A program made the translations under genes and the position numbers. From contig NIVC01001272.1 of NCBI GenBank assembly GCA_002269645.1, positions 186,001-250,000 of the forward strand: a stretch of 64,000 nucleotides of DNA, read 5' to 3'. The notes beneath the pieces are model-generated. The model was not told the DNA's origin. It searched no databases and saw nothing but the letters and a program-made list of their open reading frames with translations. Source of the DNA: Macrostomum lignano. Lineage: Eukaryota. Positions 1-11,861 of this stretch are shown one piece after another (position 1 is the stretch's first letter; each line of letters begins with the position of its first letter).

Positions 1-90
1 GTGGAAGCTACAGAATAGGCGGAAGCTACAGAAGGGGCGGAAGCTACAGAGAAGGGGCGGAAGCTACAGAAGGGGCGGAAGCTACAGAAG
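1..90 (-). repeat. Short tandem array of GGGGCGGAAGCTACAGAA (core is the reverse complement of the ULK4 intron 3/5 minisatellite core)
   Basis: About 4-5 imperfect copies at the window start; core GGGGCGGAAGCT is the reverse complement of AGCTTCCGCCCC. Confidence 0.75.
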
Positions 91-724
91 AGATTTTACC
101 CGCATGTTATGTTCTAGTATATTGTGGCCGCGGCAAAGCCTCCAGTGAGTGCATGATTTGATGAATTGAATTCACTCTTTTAATGCTACATGTACTTGTT
201 GTTACTGCTAGAAGTAAGTAGGGCGAATCAGATTGCGCTCTTGTTATTAATAATTATTATTGTTTATTCTAGTAGTGTATTAAGCGCTTGCTAAGTACAA
301 CATATGAGTTGAAATCTGGCAAACAAAATGACCCAGATTTATAATTAGCTCCAATGTGCCTATAAAAGCTAAACATAATCAATTGTTTTTAAATTGGTGC
401 TTTACCTTCCTGTGACACTATATGTATTTTTTTATTTTTAATGTGCCCTATTTTGTTGATCTGCTTTGCCGCTATTGTTTTAATATTTTTTAATTTCCAA
501 GTTTTTTGCCCCTGTTTCTCGTTTAGTTGCTAATTTTTTATTCTTTTTTACAACTGCGATTGTTGCGTACTCAGAAATTAGTTTTTTAAAATATAAAGAA
601 ATATATTTATGCTCACAATTATTTACAAATATTTATATTATATAAAATAGAATTTTGATTCCAATATGAACTGCTCGCTTGCATGCCAAAGATTGTGCCT
701 TCACTCCTGTTTTCTTATTTCTTA

Positions 725-1245
725 GCTGTCACTCCCCCTCTCCCCCTGTCACTCCCTTATCTGCACTGTCACTCCCTTATCTGCACTGTCACTCCACTTA
801 TCTGCCCTGTCACTCCCTTATCTGCACTGTCACTCCACTTATCTGCCCTGTCACTCCCTTATCTGCACTGTCACTCCACTTATCTGCCCTGTCACTCCCT
901 TATCTGCACTGTCACTCCACTTATCTGCCCTGTCACTCCCTTATCTGCACTGTCACTCCACTTATCTGCCCTGTCACTCCCTTATCTGCACTGTCACTCC
1001 ACTTATCTGCCCTGTCACTCCCTTATCTGCACTGTCACTCCACTTATCTGCCCTGTCACTCCCTTATCTGCACTGTCACTCCACTTATCTGCCCTGTCAC
1101 TCCCTTATCTGCACTGTCACTCCACTTATCTGCCCTGTCACTCCCTTATCTGCACTGTCACTCCACTTATCTGCCCTGTCACTCCCTTATCTGCAATGTC
1201 ACTCCACTTATCTGCCCGTCACTCCCCTTATCAGCACTGTCACTC
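725..1245. repeat. 41-bp minisatellite (20+21-bp dimer CTGTCACTCCCTTATCTGCA / CTGTCACTCCACTTATCTGCC)
   Basis: CTGCACTGTC recurs at 781, 822 and so on; explains ORFs 679..1380 and 683..1336. Confidence 0.95.
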
Positions 1246-1391
1246 CGCTCCCCTTTCACTGCCCTCTTCATCTACAATGTCGGACCTTTTTTCACCCAGC
1301 ATTTTCGCTCCTGCCCCCATAAATATTCATTTTTAAAACTTGTCAATTTGTTCAAATTTCTGCTGACAAGGCCGCATTAGCGTAGCCAATC

Positions 1392-4300
1392 ATGGAGAAT
1401 TTTGTCCTATACGAGGACATCACAAATTCGCCCAACATAGCCGGTTGCACCACAACTCACAAAGGTCGCCGCAAAGGCACCATTGCTTTCCTGGCTATCA
1501 GCAGTGTGAAGAAGCGAGCCAGAGCTCCCGTCACCAATCACGTGAGATTTGTGAGCGAGTTGCGGCACCCTCTTGTCGTGCAGTTTATGGAATGGTATGA
1601 AACCACTAATCACCTGTGGCTGGTGTTTGAGCTGTGCTCAGGCGGCGATTTAGATACCCTGTTGCAACTTGATGGAGCACTGCCGGAGACTGCGATCAGG
1701 CAGTTCGGCATGGATTTAGTTCGAGCATTGCACTATCTGCATAGCAGCGATATTGTGTACGCGGACCTGTGCCCCAGTAAAGTGCTAATCGATAATGAAG
1801 GCCAGATGAAGCTGGCCGATTTCTCTTTGGCATTTAAAAATGGCGAACTGCTGTCGGATCTGTATTGTCATTTTGTCGATATGGGCGGCGGAGATGAGGA
1901 GTCGGATTTATCCGCCGGGGCGGATGGCGATGCGGATGGGGGCGGAGGTGGCGGTCAGATCCGGGAGCCTCAGATGCCGCAGCTGGACTGGCTGGCTCCT
2001 GAGATGGTCCGCGGAGATCAACCTTGCGCTGATTACAAATCAGATTTATGGTCGCTGGGCGCTCTGCTCTATCACATGTTCACCGGCAGGCCTCCGTTCG
2101 CTGCCGCCACGGCTAAAGATGTAGCCGAAGGCATCGTGTACAAACAGCTGCCGCCACCCAGAGTGAAGGGTGCCCGACTGACCGGCAAGCCAAGCAATGA
2201 TTTCTCCGATCTAGTTGGCCGGTTGTTGGACAAAGATCCGGACACGAGGCTGGACTGGCCGGAACTGATTAGTCATTCTTTCTGGCAAGGCAAACTGGCG
2301 GATTTGGCTGGGTCTTATGGTGATGCTTCGCCAAGGAAATCCATGGCTTTGAATCGGTCTGTCAGCTTGGAGGAGACGCTCGCTTCGGTTAGGCAGTCCC
2401 TGCGTGCTAGTCGGAGTCATCACCCCAATCAGCAGCCGCTTGGAGATACCAGTCTGGGGGGGAGCAACAGCAGATCCGTGAGTGGGGTGATGTGTTGGGA
2501 TCTGAGATAATTTGTTGGGATTGGGGATGACTTTTTAGGATCTGTGATTATTATTTTTTTCTGGAATGAACAGAGACCAGCTACCAGGGATCAGAGACCA
2601 GCTATTAGGTATCAGGAACCAGCTATTATGGATCAGAGACCCGCTATTAGGTATCAGGAACCAGCTATTAGGTATCAAAGACACGCTATTAGGTATCAAA
2701 GACACGCTATTAGGTATCAAAGACACGCTATTAGGTATCAAAGACACGCTATTAGGTATCAAATACACGCTATTAGGGATCAGAGACTCGCTATTAGACA
2801 TCGGAGACCAGCTATTAGGGATCAGGAACCAGCTATTATGGATCAGAGACCCGCTATTAGGGATCAGAGACCCGCTATTAGACATCAGATACGAGCTATT
2901 AGGTATCAGGAACCAGCTATTAGGGATCAGAGACCCGCTTTTAGGGATCAGAGACCCGGTATTAGACATCAGATACCAGCTATTAGGTATCAGGAACCAG
3001 CTATTAGGGATCAGAGACTCGCTATTAGACATCGGAGACCAGCTATTAGGGATCAGGAACCAGCTATTATGGATCAGAGACCCGCTATTAGGGATCAGAG
3101 ACCCGCTATTAGACATCAGATACCAGCTATTAGGTATCAGGAACCAGCTATTAGGGATCAGAGACCCGCTTTTAGGGATCAGAGACCCGCTATTAGGTAT
3201 CAAAGACACGCTATTAGGGATCAGAGACCCGCCATTAGACATCGGAGACCAGCTATTATGGATCAGAGACCAGCTAATTAGTGATTACCAGCTAATTAGG
3301 GATTACCAGCTATTGCGCGTCCTGAACTAGACATGCAGCCAGACATCTCAACTTTTTTTTCAGCCAATCCCAGAGGATGCAGCCGCCGACAACTCCAGCT
3401 TCCATCAGCATGAGCAGCAGCATCATCATAACGATGCAGTCTCCTTCACTTTACACGCCGGCAGTCGCCCAGTTACTGCCAACAACAGCAGCAGCAACAA
3501 GCAGCAACAACAGCAGCAACCATCAACTGCTGCAGCAGCCGCCGCCGCCTCAAGCATCAGCGGTCGTCAGTCCAGCCGACCGCCATTAGCTGGTGCCCCA
3601 GCAACGCCTCAGCAACAGCGCCGACCCAGCTCCTCAACCGGTGCCACCGACGTTGAAGAGCTTCGCCGATTAATCCACCTAGAAGAGGACGCGGATTCCG
3701 CGGGATCAGTTGTTGATAATCCCAGAATTGTTGGCTCTATCACGGATAAGAAATTCGACACGAAATCATTGCCAGTGCCGCCACTCTCGCCAGACCGTCT
3801 GGCTGGAATGTCGGCCGCTGAAGTGGCCCGTCATGCTGGCGTCCTGGCGCAGGCCTTCGCCAGCAGCGGCTCCGAGAGGGGACCGCCGTCTCAGAAGCGA
3901 ATCAATCTGGTGTCCTATGCTGTGTCGGTGTTCTCTGCGACCGCCACCACGCCGGCAGAGCTGGCCCGGCCTCTCCTGGCGTCTGGTACTGTTGCTAACG
4001 ACTTGTTGAAGCAGGTAAGATCAGGTGCTGCTTTCATTCTGCCTTTTTGATGCTTCCAGGGGTCTGATTTCCCTCTGTTTGATAGCAATAATAATTGATT
4101 ACACCTGTCCTAATGGCCAGATGTGCAACCGACAGCTCAGTCGCAGCTATTGCGCGGCGCATCTGAAAGCTGCGTACGGCTGTTCAGTCCAAGGACTGGG
4201 GGGTCGCCACACACGCCCTCAATTACCCCAGATGATGCTGGCTCCCATTTTACAGCTGGGTGAACTGAAGCAATGCAGAGTTTGGTGCCTTGCTCAAGGA

Positions 4301-7300
4301 CACAAATTGTTCCAGTGGGATCGGGAATCGAACCCCCGACCTTTAAGTTGTGAGTCCGACGCTCTAACCGCTAGGCTACAACCCCTCCTCTCTTTGATGC
4401 TCTCCTGCCTTTGATACTTCCCTGTCTCTGACGCTTCCATATATTTGATGCTTCCCTGTCTCTGACGCTTCCATGTATTTGATGCTTCCCTGTCTCTGAC
4501 GCTTCCATGTATTTGATGCTTCCCTGTCTTTGATGCTTCCCCATCTTTATTGCTTCCCCATCTTTGATGCTTCCCTATCTTTGATGCTTCCCTATCTTTG
4601 ATGCTTCCCTATCTTTGATGCTTCCCTATCTTTGATGCTTCCCTATCTTTGATGCTTCCCTATCTTTGATGCTTCCCTATCTTTGATGCTTCCCTATCTT
4701 TGATGCTTCCCTATCTTTGATGCTTCCCTATCTTTGATGCTTCCCTATCTTTGATGCTTCCCTATCTTTGATGCTTCCCTATCTTTGATGCTTCCCTATC
4801 TTTGATGCTTCCCTATCTTTGATGCTTCCCTATCTTTGATGCTTCCCTATCTTTGATGCTTCCCTATCTTTGATGCTTCCCTATCTTTGATGCTTCCCTA
4901 TCTTTGATGCTTCCCTATCTTTGATGCTTCCCTATCTTTGATGCTTCCATCTTTGATACTCCCCTATCTTCCGCCTCTCTGATTGTTGTTTTTCTCCAAT
5001 GCAGCAGTCAGCAGCCTACCACCTAAAACCGCACCAATCCCCCATCTCAACCCCTCGCAGATCCGAGAAACCACCCACGCTGATCTGAAGCTGCGCCTCT
5101 GCCGTCTGCTGGCCCACCTGTTCCGCTTGGCGGCCCCTCTGCTCGCCTCCGCTACCCCAGCTTCAGCGACTCCATCATCAAAGCTGCAGCATCCTTCGGC
5201 ATCGTGCGAGACCTGGCCTCTGGGAGAGTCAGCCACCCAGCTCACTGAGATGCTGCGAGAGCAGTTTCGCAACACTAAACTCAAACAGGCGTTGCTGGCC
5301 GCTCTGGGGGAACTGCTGGTTGCCATCTCAGCTGGAGAGTCCGCTCTGGGCAAGCAAGTGGCTAAATGGATTGTGCCTGCTATGACAGTCAATCAGGTGT
5401 CCCGGTGCTTGCATAGCAGCGAAGAGGTCGTTACTAGTCACCTGGCTTGCAAGATTATTGAGAAGGTAAGCAGCTTCTGTGCTAGATATGAAGCTCCCCC
5501 TCCCCCTACTATTATGAAGCTTCCGCCCCTTACTGCCCCCACTAGCATGAAGCTTCCGCGTACATGCGCAACCTTGGGAATCACTCGGCCGTTTCTATTG
5601 GCAACATACATATAAGTCGCTATTGGCTGAGAGCAGTCACGTGACTACTATTCCGTCCAATAGCGACTTACATGTGTGTGTTGCCAATAGAAACGGCCGG
5701 GTGAATTCCTACGCTACGCATTCCTACTCGTAGATTGCGTCCAAGCATGATCTTCCGCCCCTTACCGCCCCCACTAGCATGAAGCTTCCGCTCCTTACCG
5801 CCCCCACTAGTATGAATCTAGTATGAATCTAGTATGAAGCTTCCGCCCCTACTCTCATGAAGCTTCCGCCCCTACTCTCATGAAGCTTCCGCCCCTACTC
5901 TCATGAAGCTTCCGCCCCTACTCTCATGAAGCTTCCGCCCCTACTCTCATGAAGCTTCCGCCCCTACTCTCATGAAGCTTCCGCCCCTACTCTCATGAAG
6001 CTTCCGCCCCTACTCTCATGAAGCTTCCGCCCCTACTCTCATGAAGCTTCCGCCCCTACTCTCATGAAGCTTCCGCCCCTACTCTCATGAAGCTTCCGCC
6101 CCTACTCTCATGAAGCTTCCGCCCCTACTCTCATGAAGCTTCCGCCCCTACTCTCATGAAGCTTCCGCCCCTACTCTCATGAAGCTTCCGCCCCTACTCT
6201 CATGAAGCTTCCGCCCCTACTCTCATGAAGCTTCCGCCCCTACTCTCATGAAGCTTCCGCCCCTACTCTCATGAAGCTTCCGCCCCTACTCTCATGAAGC
6301 TTCCGCCCCTACTCTCATGAAGCTTCCGCCCCTACTCTCATGAAGCTTCCGCCCCTACTCTCATGAAGCTTCCGCCCCTACTCTCATGAAGCTTCCGCCC
6401 CTACTCTCATGAAGCTTCCGCCCCTACTCTCATGAAGCTTCCGCCCCTACTCTCATGAAGCTTCCGCCCCTACTCTCATGAAGCTTCCGCCCCTACTCTC
6501 ATGAAGCTTCCGCCCCTACTCTCATGAAGCTTCCGCCCCTACTCTCATGAAGCTTCCGCCCCTACTCTCATGAAGCTTCCGCCCCTACTCTCATGAAGCT
6601 TCCGCCCCTACTCTCATGAAGCTCCCGCCCGTATACTGTTTAAATTCCACCTCCCGTCATTACAGCCGCTTCCTCTACACAGATGCATAACCAAATCAGC
6701 CAACCGCCCCTCCTTCCCCCCACCTGGCAGGTATGCGGCTACCAGGACACTCAGCACGCCGCCCGTTTCAGCACCCAGGAGCTGGGCCAGCTGGTCTGGT
6801 CCACCCTTCGCCTGGCTACCCTGGACAGCCTGCGAATCTGTGCAGCTGTCAGTCTCAGCCGCATGTGCCGCATCAGTCCCGCTATCTGTCAATCAGTAGT
6901 TGATAAAGCTGGACTATCCAGCGTGCTGGACTGCTTGAATGCACCGTCCAGTCTAACCAGAGTGCAACAGTCGGTGCTGAGCATGCTGGGTGCCAGTCTG
7001 ATCTGCAGTCCTACCGCTCCATTCAGCAAGAAGCTGTCTCAGGACCGAGACTTCCTACACTCGGTGCTCAAACAGCTGGAGAGTCCGAATCCATTAAACC
7101 GAGCCAAAGCGTTTCTAATAGTCGATTCGGTAGTTCGAAATTCGCCAGATTCGTTGAATGTCTGCTGCAATCTCCGGCTGTTGGTGTATGTTGAACGGGA
7201 CTCGAGGCGGGACACGCCAGGGGCTGGTCGAGGCGCAGCAGGGGTGGAGCTGCAGGCGCACCTGTACCACTGCCTGGACCTGCTGGTTGGCACCCTGTGC

Positions 7301-10300
7301 GCCTGCGTGCCGGGCGTGACCGATCAAATTCTTGCTGCGTTGGACGCTGTAGCTGGTAGGAAGCATCCATCTAATGCTCAGGTAAATTTGACAATTATTG
7401 TCTACCCGATATGTATCGAAAGTTGTTTGTTAAATAATCAATTGTTTTAAGTTGTTTTTGCTCTGGGTAACCCAGCCACGATCCGTACCCATTCAGTGAG
7501 GGTTGTAGCCTTGTGGTTAGAGTGTCGGACTCATGATTGAAAGGTCGGGGGTTCGATTCCCGATCCCACTCGGAACAATTTGTGTCCTTGAGCAAGGCGC
7601 TTAACTCTGCATTGCTTCAGTCCACCCAGCTGTAAAATGGGTGCCAGCATTAGCTGGGATAATTGAGGGTGTGTGGCAACCCCCCAGTCCTTGGACTAAA
7701 CAGCCGTACGCAGCCTTCAGATGCGCCGCGCAATAGCTCCATATCTGTGTACAGTAGTTGCTTATCCCGATATGTATCGAAATGCAGAAATACGTACATT
7801 AAAAAAACTCTACATTATTTGAAAGTATTCCACAGTGGCTTATTATACTACTGATATGAATGGAACATATTAGAGATTCCAAATTCAAAATTGAATGCTT
7901 CACCCGTTTTCGCTCTAGCTTAGCTAGCACTACCGATATGTATCGAAATTTAAAAATTAATGTTACTCAGATTTAAACTCGTTTAGTCGTTAACTCGTTT
8001 CCTCAACACATATCTAGGATATGTTGCCTAAGATTAGCTGAACTACCGATATGTATCGAAATGTATATATTTTCTAAATTTATATCTAGGATATGCTGCC
8101 TAACTAAGATTAGCTAGGCTACCGATATGTATCGAAATAACCTTTTCTAACGATTCTGAAAAATTATGCAGGCAAAACAGCTGCGCCAGTGGTTACCCCT
8201 GACGTCGGTGCTGGCCCAGCTATCGGGGTCTCCGGCTCTGCGGTCCCGCATCGTTCAGGCTCCGTTTCTGTCATTTCTTGGCCAGCTGCTCAGCCACTGT
8301 CAGGCACTGGACTGTCACAAGACTGTTGTTGAACCGGCTGTGAGCCACGAAGAAGTCATCACTACCGCTTTGACTATCGCAGAATCTTTGGTGCTGCATC
8401 CCAACTTGCTGGTTGGCTGCGGCGAATTGGTTGCTAAGCAACTGTTGCCACCGCTGGGCGGTCTCATTGGCAGCAGTGTTGTTGAGACTAGGGTGAGCTT
8501 CTTCTGCTGCTACCTCATTGAAGCTTCCGCCCCTCCCATCAAGCTTCCGCCCCCTCCCATCAAGCTTCCGCCCCCTCCCATCAAGCTTTCGCCCCCTCCC
8601 ATCAAGCTTCCGCCCCCTCCCATCAAGCTTCCGCCCCCTCCCCATGAAGCTTCCGCCCCTTCCTATGAAGCTTCCGCCCCCTTCCTATGAAGCTTCCGCC
8701 CCCTTCCTATGAAGCTTCCGCCCCCTTCCTATGAAGCATCCGCCCCTTTCCATAAAGCTTCATCCCCCTTGCTATGAAGCTTCATCCCCTCATAAAGCTT
8801 CCGCCCCCTCTCATGAAGCTTCCGCCCCCTTCCTATGAAGCTTTCGCCCCCTCCCCATGAAGCTTCCGCCCCCTTCCTATGAAGCTTCCGCCCCCTTCCT
8901 ATGAAGCTTCCGCCCCCTTCCTATGAAGCTTCCGCCCCCTTCCTATGAAGCTTCCGCCCCCTCCCCATGAAGCTTCCGCCCCCTTCCTATGAAGCTTCCG
9001 CCCCCTTCCTATGAAGCTTCCGCCCCCTTCCTATGAAGCTTCCGCCCCCTTCCTATGAAGCCTCCGCCCCTTCCTATGAAGCTTCCGCCCCTTTCCATAA
9101 AGCTTCATCCCCCTTGCTATGAAGCTTCATCCCCTCATAAAGCTTCCGCCCCCTCTCATGAAGCTTCCGCCCCATCCCCATTAAACTTTCCGCCTCCTTC
9201 CTCTAAAGCTTCATCCCCTCATGAAGCTTCCGCCCTCTCCTTATGAATCTTCCGCCCCCTCATGAAGCTTCCGCTGTCTTCCTCATGAAGCTTCCGCCCC
9301 CTCCTCATGAAGCTTCCGCCCCCTCATGAAGCTTCCACCCTCTTCCTTATAAAGCTTCCACCCTCTTTCTTATAAAGCTTCCACCCCTTTAAAAAACGCC
9401 TGTCATAAATAGTAACAATGTCACTTATAAAGTAGAATTTGTACTTTCATATTTTATAATTGCCAGATTTCTGTGTCACATCCACACACCCTGCTGTTCC
9501 ACTTCCCCAGGTGGTCGCCATGAAAATATTCGCCGAAATGTGCTGCCACCTGCTCGCCCAAGATATCGAATCGGAATCGGTCGCAGCTGCGATAGACGAC
9601 TTGATCATTCCTCAGTCCGAGTCCCTTCTGCTCGAGGCCGAGCCGGCTCCCTGCTTTCTATTAAAGCTACTCGGCAGCTATTGCGAGGCAAAACCGTCAG
9701 CGGCCGCCATTGTTCAGCTTGCAGGTCTGCCCCAGTTGCTGTTGCAGCTGCTGGCTGATAGACAGTTTGGCTTCACGTCTCAAACCGCTTTGAATTCGTT
9801 TCGACTTATCACGGTTGGTTTATTGATTGATTATCTGGTTGCTATGGTGTAGCTAACTGGTTGCTATGGTGTAGCTAACTGGTTGCTATGGTGTAGCTAA
9901 CTGGTTGCTATGGTGTAGCTAACTGGTTGCTATGGTGTAGCTAACTGGTTGCTATGGTGTAGCTAACTGGTTGCTATGGTGTAGCTAACTGGCTGCTATG
10001 GTGTAGCTAACTGGTTTCTTTGGTGTAGCTAACTGTTTTCTATGGTGTAGCTAACTGGTTGCTGTGGTGTAGCTAACTGGTTGCTATGGTGTAGCTAACT
10101 GGTTGCTATGGTGTAGCTAACTGGTTGCTATGGTGTAGCTAACTGGTTGCTATGGCGTAGCTAACTGGCTGCTATGCTGTTGCTGGACTGCTCTTATATT
10201 TCAGCTTTGAACTTGATAAAAAATGCTAAAATTCTACTGAAAGTAGCTCCAAATGTACATTGTTTGCGCATAAACATCCAACCAGATTCTACTCAGCCAA

Positions 10301-11861
10301 CGCGACTCCAAAGCTGCCAGCGCTCTGCTGCCAGACAGTGTGCCAGCTCTGGGTACCTGCTTCACCGAGCTGGCATCAGCCGCCACAGCCCCGGCCATGG
10401 ACCCCGCAGCCGCGCTAGAATCGGCCACTCACCTACAAGCGGTCCTTGACCCCGTCAACGCCTGTCTCAGAGTCGTGTCCGACGTTGCTCGCCGAGCATT
10501 GCAACTTCGTCGAACAATGAACAATAACACTGCTGGTAACCAAGGCAACACTGCTAACAATGCTACGGTGAATTCGACTCTGTCATCGGAGTCTTGCGCC
10601 GCTGAGGCTGAACGGCTGTTGGTGACAGTCCGACCTCTGGCTGACCTGACCGGGCCTCTAGTCCGGCTTCTCTGTCACGAGGACCCCGAAGTGGACGAGC
10701 AGTCCTTGAAAGCTCTGTCGCATCTGGCTTCCCTGTTTGGTGGCGAGCACTGCGACTGGCTGGGGCCTGAGTGTCTGGATGGTTTCTCAAGGTTTGCTTT
10801 TCCCAAATCAGTGGTCTCAGAATCCCAAATCGATGGTCTCTCAGAATCCCAAATTGATAGGAAGTATCAGAATCCCAAATCGATGGGGTATCAGATTCTC
10901 AAATCTATGAGCTATCAGAATCCCAAATCAATGGGGTATCAGATTATCAGAATCCCAAAAAATGGGGTATCAGAATCCCAAATCGATGGTCTCTCAGAAT
11001 CCCAAATTGATGGGAAGTATCAGAATCCAAAATCTATGAGGTATCAGAATCCCAAATCGATGGGGTATCAGAATCCCAAATCGATGGGGTATCAGAATCC
11101 CAAATCTATGAGGTATCAGAATCCCAAATCGATGGGGTATCAGAATCTCAAATCTATGAGGTATCAGAATCCCAAATCGATGGGGTATCAGAATCTCAAA
11201 TCTATGAGGTATCAGAATCCCAAATCGATGGGGTATCAGAATCTCAAATCTATGAGGTATCAGAATCCCAAATCGATGGGGTATCAGATTCTCAAATCTA
11301 TGAGCTATCAGAATCCCAAATCGATAGTCTCAGAATCCCAAATCGATAGTCCCAAAATCCGAAGTCTAAGAATCCCAAATCGATAGTCCCAAAATCCCAA
11401 ATCGATAGTCTCAGAGTCAGAATCCCAAATCGATGATGTCTCAGAATCCCAAATCGATGATGTCTCAGAATCCCAAATCGATGATGTCTCAGAATCCCAA
11501 ATCGATGATGTCTCAGAATCCCAAATCGATGATGTCTCAGAATCCCAAATCGATTATGTCTCAGAATCCCAAATCAATGGTGTCTCAGAATCCCAAATAA
11601 AAAACAAAACGATTTTACAGAGCCCTGCAGAGCGGTGTGCAGAAGCGAGTCAGGATTGTGCTGCGCATTTTAAAACGATTCGCTGCCACATCGGCCGCGG
11701 CTAACCAGCTGGCTCCGGGACTGCTCAGCGCTGAGTCAGCCTCAGGTTTGGAGCTGCTCAGATCGGCGCTGATGGACACGTCTAGCCGGGCTGACAATGC
11801 AGCCGATGCTGGGGTGAGAAATCTGGTGCAGGAGATTCTCGCTGCGCTGGCTGAGTGCTAA
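1392..11861 (+). CDS. ULK4: ULK4 pseudokinase with long HEAT/ARM-like C-terminus, about 1387 aa, 8 exons
   Basis: N-terminus MENFVLYE..KGRRKGT..WYETTNHLWLV.ELCSGG matches ULK4; later motifs DNPRI, RKHPS..KQL and VYVERD also match. Predicted exons 1392-2477, 3364-4014, 5061-5465, 6731-7381, 8172-8492, 9511-9813, 10286-10791, 11621-11861; all introns GT-AG, total 4164 nt in frame. Confidence 0.95.
2560..3310. repeat. 21-bp minisatellite (GCTATTAGGGATCAGAGACCC variants) in ULK4 intron 1, with a 231-bp higher-order repeat
   Basis: 7-aa periodicity in the overlapping ORFs; variant unit CTCGCTATTAGACATCGG recurs at 2787 and 3018 (231 bp apart). Confidence 0.95.
4107..4387 (-). mobile_element. tRNA-derived SINE, copy A (ULK4 intron 2)
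   Basis: The minus strand has a tRNA-like head with A box and B box (GGTTCGATTCC), then GTGTCCTTGAGCAAGGCAC..CCCAGCTGTAAAATGGG (CORE/Meta-like central domain). Similar to copies at 7498, 27227 and 41797. Confidence 0.85.
4415..4965. repeat. 17-bp minisatellite (TGATGCTTCCCTATCTT) in ULK4 intron 2
   Basis: Long near-perfect tandem run with more diverged copies at the 5' end. Confidence 0.95.
5490..6625. repeat. 23-bp minisatellite (TGAAGCTTCCGCCCCTACTCTCA) in ULK4 intron 3
   Basis: Perfect tandem run from about 5835 to 6620; diverged copies 5' of it, interrupted by a palindromic insert. Confidence 0.95.
5577..5709. other. Palindromic (hairpin) element of about 133 bp, MITE-like
   Basis: Arms GGAAT.CACTCGGCCGTTTCTATTGGCAAC..AAGTCGCTATTGG and CCAATAGCGACTT..GTTGCCAATAGAAACGGCCGGGTGAATTCC are reverse complements; the loop contains the palindrome AGTCACGTGACT. 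Confidence 0.85.
7406..8137. repeat. Five identical copies of the near-palindromic 16-mer CCGATATGTATCGAAA with variable spacers (ULK4 intron 4)
   Basis: Copies start at 7406, 7767, 7933, 8046 and 8122. Confidence 0.85.
7498..7738 (+). mobile_element. tRNA-derived SINE, copy B (3'-truncated)
   Basis: GAGGGTTGTAGCCTTGTGGTTAGAG..GGTTCGATTCCC head followed by the same central domain as copy A. Confidence 0.85.
8515..9385. repeat. Degenerate 21-22-bp minisatellite (ATGAAGCTTCCGCCCCC..) in ULK4 intron 5
   Basis: Same GAAGCTTCCGCCCC core as intron 3 with different tails. Confidence 0.9.
9833..10175. repeat. 22-bp minisatellite (GCTATGGTGTAGCTAACTGGTT) in ULK4 intron 6
   Basis: About 15 copies, 22-bp period (9841, 9863, ...). 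Confidence 0.95.
10810..11595. repeat. 24-bp minisatellite (ATCAGAATCCCAAATCGATGGGGT variants) in ULK4 intron 7
   Basis: 8-aa periodic tail (YQNPKSMG) of ORF 10340..11386; a second unit variant dominates 11420-11595. Confidence 0.95.

Noticed and set aside
7498-7572. Possible tRNA-Met(CAT) gene
   Set aside because: It continues into a shared SINE body, the acceptor stem is imperfect, and the anticodon differs among the four copies; it is a SINE head.
7406-8137. CRISPR-like array (palindromic repeat with variable spacers); other arrays also considered
   Set aside because: The repeat is only 16 bp, spacers range 60-345 bp and are partly related, there are no cas genes, and the context is a spliceosomal intron.
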